DNA from: Bacteroidales bacterium
GTDB lineage: Bacteria > Bacteroidota > Bacteroidia > Bacteroidales > PUMT01
Reading direction: 5' to 3'
Assembly (NCBI GenBank): GCA_007132225.1
Contig: SLPB01000061.1
Coordinates: 1-61,000 of the forward strand
DNA length: 61,000 bases
Shown piece by piece: positions 1 to 10,200 of the stretch. Within the stretch, counting starts at the first letter, position 1. Each line of letters begins with the position of its first letter. The translations under genes and the position numbers were made by a program. The notes under the pieces were generated by a model. It was not told where the DNA came from. It worked only from the letters and a program-made list of their open reading frames with translations, and searched no databases.

Positions 1-744
1 CCCTTCCGCTCACCCCACAGCACCATAAGTTCAGTTGCAATGGTTGGTGGCGGCAGTGTACCACAGCCCGGAGAAATTTCACTTTCACATAACGGAGTGT
101 TGTTCCTGGATGAGCTGCCCGAGTTTCAGCGTTCTGTTCTTGAGGTTTTAAGACAACCTCTGGAGGACAGGGAGATAGATATTTCACGTTCAAAATATTC
201 AGTCCGCTATCCCGCCGGTTTCATGCTTGTTGCCTCTATGAATCCATGTCCATGCGGATACTATAGTAACCCTGAAAAGGAATGTGTTTGTCCGCCCGGC
301 ATGGTTCAGAAATATATTAACCGGATTTCCGGACCTCTTATGGACAGGATTGATATACATATTGAAGTAATACCGGTGCCATTCGAAAAACTTTCGGAAA
401 AAAGAAATGCTGAAAGTTCTGCAGCTGTCAGGGAGAGGGTTGCGAGCGCCAGAAAAGTGCAGGAAAGACGCTTCAGTAAATACAGTAATGTTCACTCTAA
501 TGCACAGATGAACACAAAAATGATCCACGAGTATTGCCCGATTGACAAAACAGGTCAGCTTTTACTTAAAAATGCCATGCACAAACTTGGATTATCCGCC
601 AGGGCATATGACCGCATACTTAAGTTAGCCCGTACAATATCCGATCTGGAGAGAACCACTGAAATAGAGAGTATACATCTGGCTGAAGCCATTCAGTACC
701 GGAGTCTTGACAGGGAGACATGGACAGTTCAATCAAGGGCATAA
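1..744 (+). CDS. comM: ComM/YifB Mg-chelatase-like AAA+ ATPase (5' truncated by window edge)
   Basis: Frame is open from base 1 (PFRSPHSTISSVAMVGGG). Motifs GEISLSHNGVLFLDELPEF, NPCPCG, SGPLMDRID and LSARAYDRILKLARTISDL are typical of YifB/ComM. Confidence 0.92.
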   Translation, partial: PFRSPHSTISSVAMVGGGSVPQPGEISLSHNGVLFLDELPEFQRSVLEVLRQPLEDREIDISRSKYSVRYPAGFMLVASMNPCPCGYYSNPEKECVCPPGMVQKYINRISGPLMDRIDIHIEVIPVPFEKLSEKRNAESSAAVRERVASARKVQERRFSKYSNVHSNAQMNTKMIHEYCPIDKTGQLLLKNAMHKLGLSARAYDRILKLARTISDLERTTEIESIHLAEAIQYRSLDRETWTVQSRA

Positions 745-866
745 TGGATCATCCATGCTGTATGCAGTTCTTTTTGTGTAACCTGGCAAAAAAAATAATC
801 CATGCTTTATTGACCTGCAGTCGGGTATACATACTATTTTGTGTTACCTGGCTGATGGCGGGGCAT
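744..866 (+). repeat. Two degenerate tandem copies of a dispersed intergenic hairpin repeat
   Basis: TTTTGTGTWACCTGGC at 772-787 and 837-852, and ATCCATGCT at 751-759 and 798-806. The second unit resembles 33398-33456 (CATRCTATTTTGT...GGCTGATG.CGGG) and folds 811-865. Confidence 0.5.
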
Positions 867-915
867 TTTTCAATATATTTTACACTTATAATAGGAGAGA
901 TTGTCTAATTTTTTT

Positions 916-923
916 TAAATTTG
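916..923 (+). promoter_or_regulatory. Bacteroidota -7 promoter element upstream of hppA
   Basis: TAAATTTG matches TAnnTTTG. No clear -33 TTTG. Confidence 0.4.
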
Positions 924-1020
924 TGACTGTTTTTTTTGATACTTTAGTAAAGTGCTGTGGAGTAAATACTTACGATAAATTTTTATCATACTATTATAAA
1001 TTATATTTATTAACTTTTAA

Positions 1021-1028
1021 AAAGGAGG
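1021..1028 (+). promoter_or_regulatory. Strong Shine-Dalgarno sequence of hppA
   Basis: AAAGGAGG lies 7 nt upstream of ATG 1036. Confidence 0.6.
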
Positions 1029-1035
1029 AATTGTT

Positions 1036-3228
1036 ATGCCTGGAATATTTTGGTTAGTACCGTTAAGTTCTTTGTTTGCCCTGGGTTTTGCTTATTATTT
1101 CTTTAAGCAGATGATGGAGCATGATGAAGGAACTGACATGATGAAGAAAATTGCTGCCCATGTCCGTGAGGGAGCAGGTGCCTACCTGCGTCAGCAATAC
1201 AAAGTTGTAATTATTGTTTTCGCGGTGATCACAGTTATTTTTGCCATAATGGCTTATGGACTCGGAATTCAGAATCCATGGGTGCCATTTGCATTTCTTA
1301 CCGGCGGTGCCTTTTCCGGACTGGCCGGTTTTTTTGGAATGAAGGCTGCTACATTTGCATCGGCAAGGGTTGCCCATGCATGCCGCACATCGCTTGACGG
1401 CGGACTAAAGCTGGCTTTCCGCTCCGGTGCCGTAATGGGCCTTGTTGTGGTTGGTCTTGTACTGCTTGATGTTTCTGCATGGTTTCTGGTTCTCAATTGG
1501 GCCATTCCTGAAGCACAGCCAGGATTAAAACTGCTTACCATCACTGCCACTATGCTTACTTTTGGTATGGGTGCATCCACCCAGGCTCTCTTTGCACGTG
1601 TTGGCGGTGGTATATATACCAAGGCTGCTGACGTTGGTGCCGACCTTGTAGGTAAGGTTGAGGCCGGCATACCCGAGGATGACCCCAGAAACCCTGCCAC
1701 CATTGCCGATAATGTAGGTGATAATGTTGGTGATGTTGCCGGTATGGGAGCCGACCTGTTTGAATCGTTTGCCGGTTCAATCCTGGCTACTGCCCTGCTT
1801 GGTGCTGCTGCATTCATAGGATTCGGTTCGGAAATGCAGTTCAATGCAGTAATAGCTCCTATGCTGATTGCTGCAGTGGGTACATTGCTTTCAATTGCCG
1901 GTGTATTTTTTGTGCGGACCAAAGAGGGAGCAACCCAGAAGGAGTTGCTTAAATCCCTTGGCGTTGGTGTCAATACCAGCGCAGCTTTGATAGTTGTGTT
2001 TTCACTTGGGATATTGTACCTTTTAGGATTACCAAATTACCTGGGTATTTGGGCATCAATAGTTGTAGGCCTGCTGGCCGGTATTGGTATCGGACAGTCG
2101 ACGGAATACTTTACAGCTTCCGCCTATAAACCTACCCGCAAGATTGCTGAATCAGCCAGTACTGGTCCGGCAACATTAATTATCAGCGGTATCGGAACCG
2201 GACTCATCTCTGCCGCCGTTCCCCTTGGAATTATCTGCGTGGCCATTACACTGGCATTTGGATTTTCATCAGGATTTAACTTTGACGCTACCAGCCTTAA
2301 TATTGGCCTTTACGGTATAGGTGTAGCTGCAGTTGGTATGCTCTCCACTCTGGGCATAACCCTGGCTACAGATGCATACGGCCCCATAGCCGATAATGCG
2401 GGTGGCAACGCTGAGATGAGCAAGCTTGGAGACGAAGTGCGCGCCCGCACAGATGCTCTTGATGCACTTGGAAACACAACTGCCGCAACTGGTAAAGGAT
2501 TTGCCATAGGTAGTGCCGCACTGACTGCACTTGCTTTGCTTGCTGCATATTTCGAGGAAGTGAAGATCATGTTTGTTAAGTTCCTTGACCGTCCCGATGA
2601 ACTCATAAACAACATTCCCGCAATTGATGCGCAGTTTATTGATTTTATCCACCACTATGATATCCACCTTATGAACCCGCTGGTAATAGTTGGTATTTTT
2701 ATCGGTGTATTGTCGGTATTCCTTTTCAGCGGAATGACCATGACTGCAGTAGGCCGTGCGGCGCAGAAAATGGTTGACGAGGTTCGCCGGCAGTTCCGTG
2801 ACATTCCCGGAATCATGGAAGGAAAAGCTGAGCCCGATTATGCCCGTTGTGTTGCTATTTCAACTAAAGGTGCGCAACAGGAAATGATGGTGCCATCACT
2901 GATAGCTTTATTCATACCTGTTATCGTGGGACTTGTTTTTGGTGTAGCAGGGGTAACCGGATTGCTGGTTGGAACTATTTCCTCAGGCTTTGCCATGGCA
3001 ATCTTTATGGCTAATGCCGGCGGTGCCTGGGATAATGCCAAGAAATATATTGAAGAAGGCAACCTTGGAGGCAAAGGCTCCGAGAACCATAAAGCTGCCG
3101 TTGTTGGTGATATGCTTGGAGACCCGTTCAAGGATACCTCCGGGCCAAGTCTTAACATACTTATCAAACTGATGGTTATGGCTTCCGTTGTAACCGTTGG
3201 GGTTGCCGTGAGCTACAGTATATTCTAG
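1036..3228 (+). CDS. hppA: Membrane-integral ion-translocating pyrophosphatase, K+-dependent (Na+ or Na+,H+ type)
   Basis: Motifs GGGIYTKAADVGADLVGKVE, DNVGDNVGD, GNTTAATGKGFAIGS (Ala form = K+-dependent), GGAWDNAKK and GDPFKDTSGP. Many transmembrane segments. Confidence 0.97.
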   Translation: MPGIFWLVPLSSLFALGFAYYFFKQMMEHDEGTDMMKKIAAHVREGAGAYLRQQYKVVIIVFAVITVIFAIMAYGLGIQNPWVPFAFLTGGAFSGLAGFFGMKAATFASARVAHACRTSLDGGLKLAFRSGAVMGLVVVGLVLLDVSAWFLVLNWAIPEAQPGLKLLTITATMLTFGMGASTQALFARVGGGIYTKAADVGADLVGKVEAGIPEDDPRNPATIADNVGDNVGDVAGMGADLFESFAGSILATALLGAAAFIGFGSEMQFNAVIAPMLIAAVGTLLSIAGVFFVRTKEGATQKELLKSLGVGVNTSAALIVVFSLGILYLLGLPNYLGIWASIVVGLLAGIGIGQSTEYFTASAYKPTRKIAESASTGPATLIISGIGTGLISAAVPLGIICVAITLAFGFSSGFNFDATSLNIGLYGIGVAAVGMLSTLGITLATDAYGPIADNAGGNAEMSKLGDEVRARTDALDALGNTTAATGKGFAIGSAALTALALLAAYFEEVKIMFVKFLDRPDELINNIPAIDAQFIDFIHHYDIHLMNPLVIVGIFIGVLSVFLFSGMTMTAVGRAAQKMVDEVRRQFRDIPGIMEGKAEPDYARCVAISTKGAQQEMMVPSLIALFIPVIVGLVFGVAGVTGLLVGTISSGFAMAIFMANAGGAWDNAKKYIEEGNLGGKGSENHKAAVVGDMLGDPFKDTSGPSLNILIKLMVMASVVTVGVAVSYSIF

Positions 3229-3251
3229 ATTTCCCGGTTATCTCCAAAATT

Positions 3252-3287
3252 TTAAAAAGCCTGCAGAATTTTCTGCAGGCTTTTTAA
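3252..3287. terminator. Bidirectional intrinsic terminator between hppA and lpxH
   Basis: Perfect inverted repeat TTAAAAAGCCTGCAGAA-tt-TTCTGCAGGCTTTTTAA with A and T tracts, between convergent genes. Confidence 0.85.
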
Positions 3288-3338
3288 TTGTCTTTTTTTG
3301 ACTTCTTACCCGGTAACAGAAGCAAACGGGCGAGTGCC

Positions 3339-4088
3339 TCAGGCAGAATAATTTTTAATTTCCATCTTCTCACCGTCAAAAACAGCATAAGAGAAATGCC
3401 ATAGCCAGTCCCCGAGATTAATATAGCGGGAGCCGTGATCTCCAAGAGAAATGTCAAGAGGGACATGGCGGTGCCCGAAAACAAAATAATCAAAATGTTT
3501 ATTCTCCAGTATCCGGTTGGCAAATATAATCTGTTCCTCATTATCTGCACCCTTAAAAGGTGTAATCAGCTCTTTGGAGTACCTGCTTTTATGCGACCAT
3601 TTATGTCCGAACCATATTGCGAAATTGGGGTGAAGCCTTGCAAAAATCCATTGCAGTGCAGGATTCGTGAATATCTTTTTTAATATTTTGAATCCTGTAT
3701 CCCCATCATCCATCCCGTCACCATGTGCCATGTAGAATGTCTTACCGAAAAGATCGGTAATGTAAGGGCCCGTATGAATTATCATACCGGTTTCACCGGG
3801 GAGGTAATCAAAAACCCAGATGTCATGGTTGCCGGTAAAAAAGTGAACCGGGATTCCACTGTCTGTTAGTTCCGCTATCTTTCCCAGTACTCTTGTATAT
3901 CCTCTTGGTACAACACGTTTGTATTCAAACCAGAAATCAAATATATCGCCCAGGAGATATATTTCGCCAGCCTCTTCTTTTATGCTATCCAGCCATTTAA
4001 CAAAGAGGCGTTCACGAGTGAGGCTGTCTGTGCCTGATAATCCGAAATGAGCATCGGAGGCGAAGTAGATATTTTTATTATGATTCAA
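3339..4088 (-). CDS. lpxH: UDP-2,3-diacylglucosamine diphosphatase
   Basis: Metallophosphoesterase motifs SDAHFG, LGDIFD, GNHD, HGDG, GHRH and NLGDW. TTG start. Confidence 0.88.
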   Translation of the reverse strand: MNHNKNIYFASDAHFGLSGTDSLTRERLFVKWLDSIKEEAGEIYLLGDIFDFWFEYKRVVPRGYTRVLGKIAELTDSGIPVHFFTGNHDIWVFDYLPGETGMIIHTGPYITDLFGKTFYMAHGDGMDDGDTGFKILKKIFTNPALQWIFARLHPNFAIWFGHKWSHKSRYSKELITPFKGADNEEQIIFANRILENKHFDYFVFGHRHVPLDISLGDHGSRYINLGDWLWHFSYAVFDGEKMEIKNYSA

Positions 4089-4103
4089 TTTGAGTTTAGT
4101 AGG

Positions 4104-5273
4104 TTAATCCAGTGCTCTTGCCAATCTGCGCCGTAGCTCCCGGGCGGACAAATTTTTTGCCATGATGCCTGCATCCCGGTTTATTAGATAGTTGGAAGGA
4201 ATCGCCTGTACATTATAGTGTTGCGCTGCAGTAAAGCCACCTTCTCCAAACTCTGCAACATGAACCCAGGGAAGCTCTGAATATCTTATGCTTCTAAGCC
4301 ATTCCTCCCTGTCCCTTTCAACCGATACCTGATAGATCTGAAAGCCTTTATTCCGATATTCCTGATGTACTGGAATAAGATCATGGCTTAGCTCAACACT
4401 GCCCGGATTGAGGGATGAGCCAAAAAACACCAGTATATATTTCTCCTGAAGGGAGTGAAGCCTGACTGTATCTCCGTCAATGCCGGGCATTGCTATATCA
4501 GGATATAACGAATGCACATTTCCGCTTGCTTCTGCCATATTTAGAATCCTGAACCGGTCATATCCCCTCTCCTGAGCCTCTGCATCTGCAGCAAGGGCTT
4601 TTACATGCAAAGATTCAGGATATTTTTTCCTGAGCGATTGTGCCAATATTTTCATGTATTGTATGTCCCTTACCTGATTCAGCACATAGTAATCATCTTC
4701 AAGTTGCTGGTAAATCGCTGTAATTGAGGCAAGAGACTCCATGTTTTCCATTATGAAAGCTATTGAAAATTTTCGCTGGGCCTGGATAATTTCATTAATC
4801 TCTTCATAAATTCGTGCTTCCTCTTTTTCAAAATCCGGATCATCTTCCAGGGCAGCTATTTCCATTATAAGGGGTTGAATCTGTTTTTTGGTTACAGCAA
4901 GCCGGTCATTTAATTTTTTAATCGATTCAGATCCCTCTGACCCATAAACTTTGAAGGTCCCGGACAAGTTTGAGGCATCGGCCACGATCCTGACCGTTTC
5001 TCCCGGTTCAGCCAGTAGTGTTATGAAGTTATTATCGCTGAGCCTTAGGTTATAAAAAGAAGGATGAGAAATTTTTGCTGAGAAGGAAAAGGTGCCGTTT
5101 CTTTTTATTTTGGCCGAATCCAGAACTGCTGGCCCCTCTACATTAAGGCGATCCAGGTAGATCATTTTACCTCTTCCCTCTTCCAGTTCACCTTTTATAC
5201 TCACCCTGCCGGATTCTTTACAGGAAACCAAAAGCATCACAAAAGGTAGTAAGAGTAATAATAAATGCTTCAT
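4104..5273 (-). CDS. DUF4369 + TlpA-like thioredoxin-fold lipoprotein lacking CxxC
   Basis: Lipobox LLVSC. Colinear with the neighbouring gene (KGFQIYQVS, IPSNYLI) but has SSLNPGS where the neighbour has ASWCGPC. Confidence 0.8.
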   Translation of the reverse strand: MKHLLLLLLPFVMLLVSCKESGRVSIKGELEEGRGKMIYLDRLNVEGPAVLDSAKIKRNGTFSFSAKISHPSFYNLRLSDNNFITLLAEPGETVRIVADASNLSGTFKVYGSEGSESIKKLNDRLAVTKKQIQPLIMEIAALEDDPDFEKEEARIYEEINEIIQAQRKFSIAFIMENMESLASITAIYQQLEDDYYVLNQVRDIQYMKILAQSLRKKYPESLHVKALAADAEAQERGYDRFRILNMAEASGNVHSLYPDIAMPGIDGDTVRLHSLQEKYILVFFGSSLNPGSVELSHDLIPVHQEYRNKGFQIYQVSVERDREEWLRSIRYSELPWVHVAEFGEGGFTAAQHYNVQAIPSNYLINRDAGIMAKNLSARELRRRLARALD

Positions 5274-5440
5274 CTTTTAACTTAAATTAGTGGTTGACTA
5301 CCATGTCCGTATTGTTAACCCCTCAAAAAATGTTCTTATACCCGGTGTAAATTCCGTTTTTAGTATTCTCAAATTATGGGTCCGAACATTACTATTCCGG
5401 TAAACCCTTTATGGCGGAGTTAAATTATTTTTATAAAATG

Positions 5441-6649
5441 TCAATCAAATACTCCCGATAGAGCACGTTCCAGCTCTGCTCCCCTGAGATTCCTGGCAAT
5501 TATTCTTCCCTCAGGATCAAGGAGGAAGTTGGCAGGGATTCCCTGGATGCTATATAGAGGAACAACAACGGAGTTCCAGAACTGCAGATCGCTCACATGT
5601 GTCCATTTTTCCATGCCATCTTCTTCAATCCCCTTTATCCATGCATCCCTTGTCCGGTCCAGTGAAACCTGGTATATATCAAATCCCTTGCTATTATATT
5701 TGTTATATGATTCAACCAGGTAGGGGTTTTCCTCCCGGCAGGGACCACACCATGAGGCCCAGAAATCGAGCAAAACAAAATTGCCTCTCATCGAGTGGAG
5801 GCTGATGGTATCGCCCTGGGGATCGGGTAATGATATTTCAGGAGCAACTGCACCGTCTGAAAGGACGCTTTCCCTTTGCTTTCTCAGTTCAATTTGTTCC
5901 TTCATATCATTTACATTCTCATTAAGAGTGACAGTATGTTCCAGATCAGGATATTTATTAATCAGCACTGAGTCTACCAGCAGGTAATACTTAAAGTCTT
6001 CTTCCTTTCCAAGAACAAAGGTTGATGGGTCAGTTTGCTGGTAGAGTGCTATAAGGCTTGCCAGTGATCCCGGATTGCTTGTTATGAAATCAATAGTGAA
6101 CTGCCTTTGTTCTTCAGCTATTTCTTCATACTTTTCTCTTATTTCATTCCTGAATTCCTGTATGTCTACACCTGATTCGTCGCGGCCTGTACGGTAGCGT
6201 TCACCAAGTGAATCCATCTTCATTATTGTAGAGTGCATTTTTTTGTTCAGCTCGAGCGAAAGCCGGGATTCAGACGATCCTTCTATATTTGCGGAACTTT
6301 GCAGGTTGTTAATGTCTCCGGTAATTTTAATATCCTCGCCTGGAGAAACAATAAGCACCAGGTAGCTGGATTGATCCGACCTGAGTGACATGAATTTTAT
6401 TTGATCTGTCTCATCCTCAAACCTGAAATTTCCGTTATCATCGACAATAACCGAGTCCAGGGGAATAAGATCATAAGTGCTCATTTCATAAAGGTTTAGC
6501 TTTTTCCCGGCTGCATTATCCAATTTTCCGCTGATTGAATAGTTATTGTCACTCTTCGAGCACGAGAATAACAATAGTATAGCTATAGATATTAAGAGTG
6601 TATTTGTTGCAGGAAAAGTTAAGACAGTTTCTTTAAATAGTTTTTGCAT
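5441..6649 (-). CDS. DUF4369 + TlpA disulfide reductase family lipoprotein
   Basis: Lipobox LLFSC. Motifs DFWASWCGPCR, GIPANFLLD and RNLRG. Confidence 0.9.
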   Translation of the reverse strand: MQKLFKETVLTFPATNTLLISIAILLLFSCSKSDNNYSISGKLDNAAGKKLNLYEMSTYDLIPLDSVIVDDNGNFRFEDETDQIKFMSLRSDQSSYLVLIVSPGEDIKITGDINNLQSSANIEGSSESRLSLELNKKMHSTIMKMDSLGERYRTGRDESGVDIQEFRNEIREKYEEIAEEQRQFTIDFITSNPGSLASLIALYQQTDPSTFVLGKEEDFKYYLLVDSVLINKYPDLEHTVTLNENVNDMKEQIELRKQRESVLSDGAVAPEISLPDPQGDTISLHSMRGNFVLLDFWASWCGPCREENPYLVESYNKYNSKGFDIYQVSLDRTRDAWIKGIEEDGMEKWTHVSDLQFWNSVVVPLYSIQGIPANFLLDPEGRIIARNLRGAELERALSGVFD

Positions 6650-7080
6650 TTTCTTATTAGGTATTTTATTGAGATTTTGATTACCTGGTAATTATTTTTT
6701 GATTTTTAAGCTCCATTTAAAGAACATTGGATTTGCTTTTTTTATTATTGATGCAAATGAGTTATTTTTCTTTGCATGGTTTTTTAAATACAATCAGGGG
6801 GGATATTCTTATTGGATTGAATGGGAATGAAATTCATATCTATGGATGATCACATTTGCAGGTGTTAAAATATCTGGCATGGTTTGATATCTGATATAAA
6901 TTTAATATTGTAAAGATAATTATTTTTTATCTAATGAACAGACCATGTTGATCTGCCTCTCAAGTAAAGACATAACATCAGGTTTTGAACTCTCCTGTTT
7001 GATTATCGGTATATTAGGAAACATCCTGCCTTTACCTTCACCTTAATTAAGGAAAATTTATTTTGTAATTTTACAATATC

Positions 7081-7216
7081 AGCGGCAGGTAATAAATTAA
7101 TTCCTCTGACTTCGGTTTTAGGAATTAATCATATTTTATACTGATGAGTTACATTATTTTTGCAATAAGTCCACTAATATTTTTACCGGGCGATTATTGC
7201 ACAATCACTGCCGGCT
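7081..7216 (+). promoter_or_regulatory. Candidate structured 5' leader of the glycogen gene
   Basis: Hairpin ATTAATTCCT(7096-7105)/AGGAATTAAT(7120-7129) capped by cUUCGg. Second stem TGCAATAA(7161-68)/TTATTGCA(7194-7201). Closing pairing AGCGGCAG(7081-88)/CTGCCGGCT(7208-16). Confidence 0.35.
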
Positions 7217-7265
7217 TTAGAGGGAGGTATACTGATTTTATTTTTTTTACAAAACTTACAAAATT

Positions 7266-10200
7266 ATGCAAGAAACACTGAATTTGCCGGATTATTTGTT
7301 TGAGGTTAGCTGGGAGGTATGTAACAAAGTCGGAAGCATACATACCCTTTTATCTACAAAGGCGGGTTTTCTGCAAAAGAAGCTGAATAACAATTATATT
7401 CTAATAGGCCCGGATGTATGGAGAGGGGAATCGGAACACCCTGAATTTATTGAAGACAAGGAATTATTTGCCGCATGGCGTCAGGCTGCGGCGATGGATG
7501 GGTTAAGAATACGTACGGGAAGATGGAATGTTGAAGGGCAACCTTTGGCTATCATAATCGATTTCACTCCTTTTATATCTCAAAAGGATCAGATATTCAG
7601 ACAAATGTGGGATAGATTTAAACTGGATTCCATCTCCGGTCAATGGAATTATGTAGAACCTGTTCTTTTTGGCTATGCTGTTGGCCTGCTTATTGAAAGC
7701 TTTGTAAAATTCAATGTTCCCAGCGGAGAGCGTGCCCTTGCCCATTTTCATGAATGGATGACAGGTTCCGGGATATTATACCTGAGGGACCAGGTTCCCG
7801 CCGTGACAACAGTTTTCACTGTCCATGCTACTGTAATGGGCCGGACTCTTGCCTGCAACTATCAACCTCTGTACAGGGATTTTGAGAAATTTGATGCCGA
7901 AGCAAGGGCCAGGGAATTTAATGTTGTTTCAAAGCTTTCCCTGGAAAAACTTTCCGCTGAAAATGCAGATTTATTTACTGCAGTAAGTGAACAAACAGTC
8001 CGTGAATGCAGGCACTTTTTAGGTAAGGAGGCAGATATTTTAACTCCCAACGGAATTGAGGATTATCTTCTGGTTGCCGGAGATCAGTTTGAAAGCAAAC
8101 GTTCTTCTTCCCGGGAAAAGTTGAAAAAAGTAAGTGCTGCCCTCCTGGACAAGGCTCCGGATGATGATGTTATGTTTGTAGCAAATAGCGGAAGGTATGA
8201 GATGAAGAATAAGGGAATTGATGTTTTTATTTATTCTCTTGCAGCCCTGAAGAATAACCCTGCATTAAAGAAAGAAGTGATTGCTTTTATAATGGTGCCT
8301 GCTAACCAGATTGGCCCGCGCAGGGATTTGATAGATTTCCTTGAGGGCAATACAGGTCATCCCGGGGCAGCCGGAAAGGTTCTAACGCATTACCTTCATG
8401 ATCAGGATTATGATCCTGTTGTTCAGAAACTTCAGGCAGCCGGATTAAACAACGATCCCGCAGACAAGGTGAAAGTAATATTTATACCCTGTTACCTTAA
8501 CGGTAATGACGGCATATTCAATGTTCCTTACCATGATTTGCTTGCGGGCATGGATATTACTGTATTTCCCTCCTATTATGAGCCGTGGGGGTATGCACCC
8601 ATGGAAAGCATTGCATTACGTATTCCAACCATCACCACCAGTCTTAACGGTTATGGATTATGGGTTAATGAGCATTTTCATGGTGAAAAGTCCTCTATTG
8701 ATATTATTACCAGAGATGAAGATAATTTTCAGCAGGTAGTGGATCTTATAAGTGAAAAACTTGCCGCCTTCTCAGCTTTGAATGATTCGGAAATTGATGT
8801 TATTAAACAAAATGCCGGAGAGATATCAAAAATAACACTATGGAAGAATTTTATCGTTCATTATTACTCAGCATATGAACTTGCACTGAAAAAGTCTGAA
8901 CCAAGAGTTACAGGGCTTCCTCCCACTGAAATTACAGAAGCTGTTGCCCCCGTTTACAAAGTAAGCAAGGTCCATGAGCCTAAATGGAAAACAATTCTGG
9001 TTCATAAAAACATACCTTCCAGATTAACTGCACTGGAGCAGATATCAGGAAATCTGTGGTGGAGCTGGAACGAAAGGGCCGCAGAGCTTTTTAGCAGTAT
9101 TGACCGGGAACTCTGGAATGAAACCGGTTGCAATCCCGTTTATTTTCTGGAGAAAGTAAGTTATACCAGGTTCATGGAACTTGAAAAGGATGAAGCTTTT
9201 CTTTCTGAGATGGATGAGGTTTATGATGTTTTTCAGAAATACCTCAAAGAACCCTTCAGGGAAGGATCTCAGGTCGCATATTTCAGTATGGAGTACGGAC
9301 TTCATTCAAGTATCCCGATATACAGCGGTGGACTTGGTGTACTGGCAGGTGACTATCTCAAGGAAGCCAGTGATTCGAAAGTAGATATGGTGGCTGTGGG
9401 ATTATTGTATAAATACGGGTATTTTAAGCAGCAACTGGCGGCAGGTGGTGAGCAGATAGCTACCTATGAACCCACAAATTTTGCTCATTTGCCGGCAAGG
9501 ATTGTAAGGAATGACGATGGCGATCCGCTGACAATCAGCATTGCCTTTCCCGGCCGGAAAGTCAAAGCCCGTATATGGAGGATCGATGTAGGAAGAATCC
9601 CCCTGTTTCTTCTTGATACTGATATTGAAGATAATCAGGATCATGACAGGAGTATCACTCACCATTTATATGGAGGTGACTGGGAAAACAGGTTCAAACA
9701 GGAGATGCTCCTTGGTATCGGAGGTATTAGAGCATTGAAGGTTATGGATGTTGATCCTCATCTTTTCCACTGTAATGAGGGTCATGCAGCTTTTATCGGG
9801 ATTGAAAGGCTAAACCAGTACATTAATGAACAAAAACTTATATTTTCCCAGGCTCTTGAAGTTGTAAGAGCCTCGACACTGTTTACCACTCATACTCCTG
9901 TGCCGGCAGGACATGACTCTTTTGACGAAAATTTACTGCGCACCTATATTGCTCATTATCCAGTAAGGCTCAATATTAGCTGGACCCAGTTTATGAATCT
10001 CGGGAAAATCCACCCTGAAGATCCAAATGAGAACTTTTCCATGTCCTACCTGGCCGCCAACCTTTCTCAGGAGATAAACGGGGTAAGCCGTCTGCACGGA
10101 AAGGTAAGCAGGCATATCTTCAATGATCTCTGGAAGGGATACCTGCCCGGAGAACTGCATATTGATTACGTAACCAATGGCATTCATCACGACACATGGA

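Noticed and set aside
751-852. Spaced direct repeats as a mini-CRISPR
   Set aside because: Only two imperfect 16-bp units, and no cas genes.
1269-1973. Long antisense ORFs (e.g. 1269-1973, 24105-24617, 34743-35225)
   Set aside because: They are shadows of well-supported genes on the opposite strand and have no recognisable motifs.
6791-6849. Possible minus-strand copy of the dispersed repeat (CAGGGGGGAT...TGAAATTC)
   Set aside because: The spacing is about 20 nt off and the matches are short in AT-rich DNA, so it is not supportable without a profile search.
7141-7180. CTGATGA resembling a hammerhead ribozyme core
   Set aside because: No stem II followed by GAAA, and no stem I/III arrangement.
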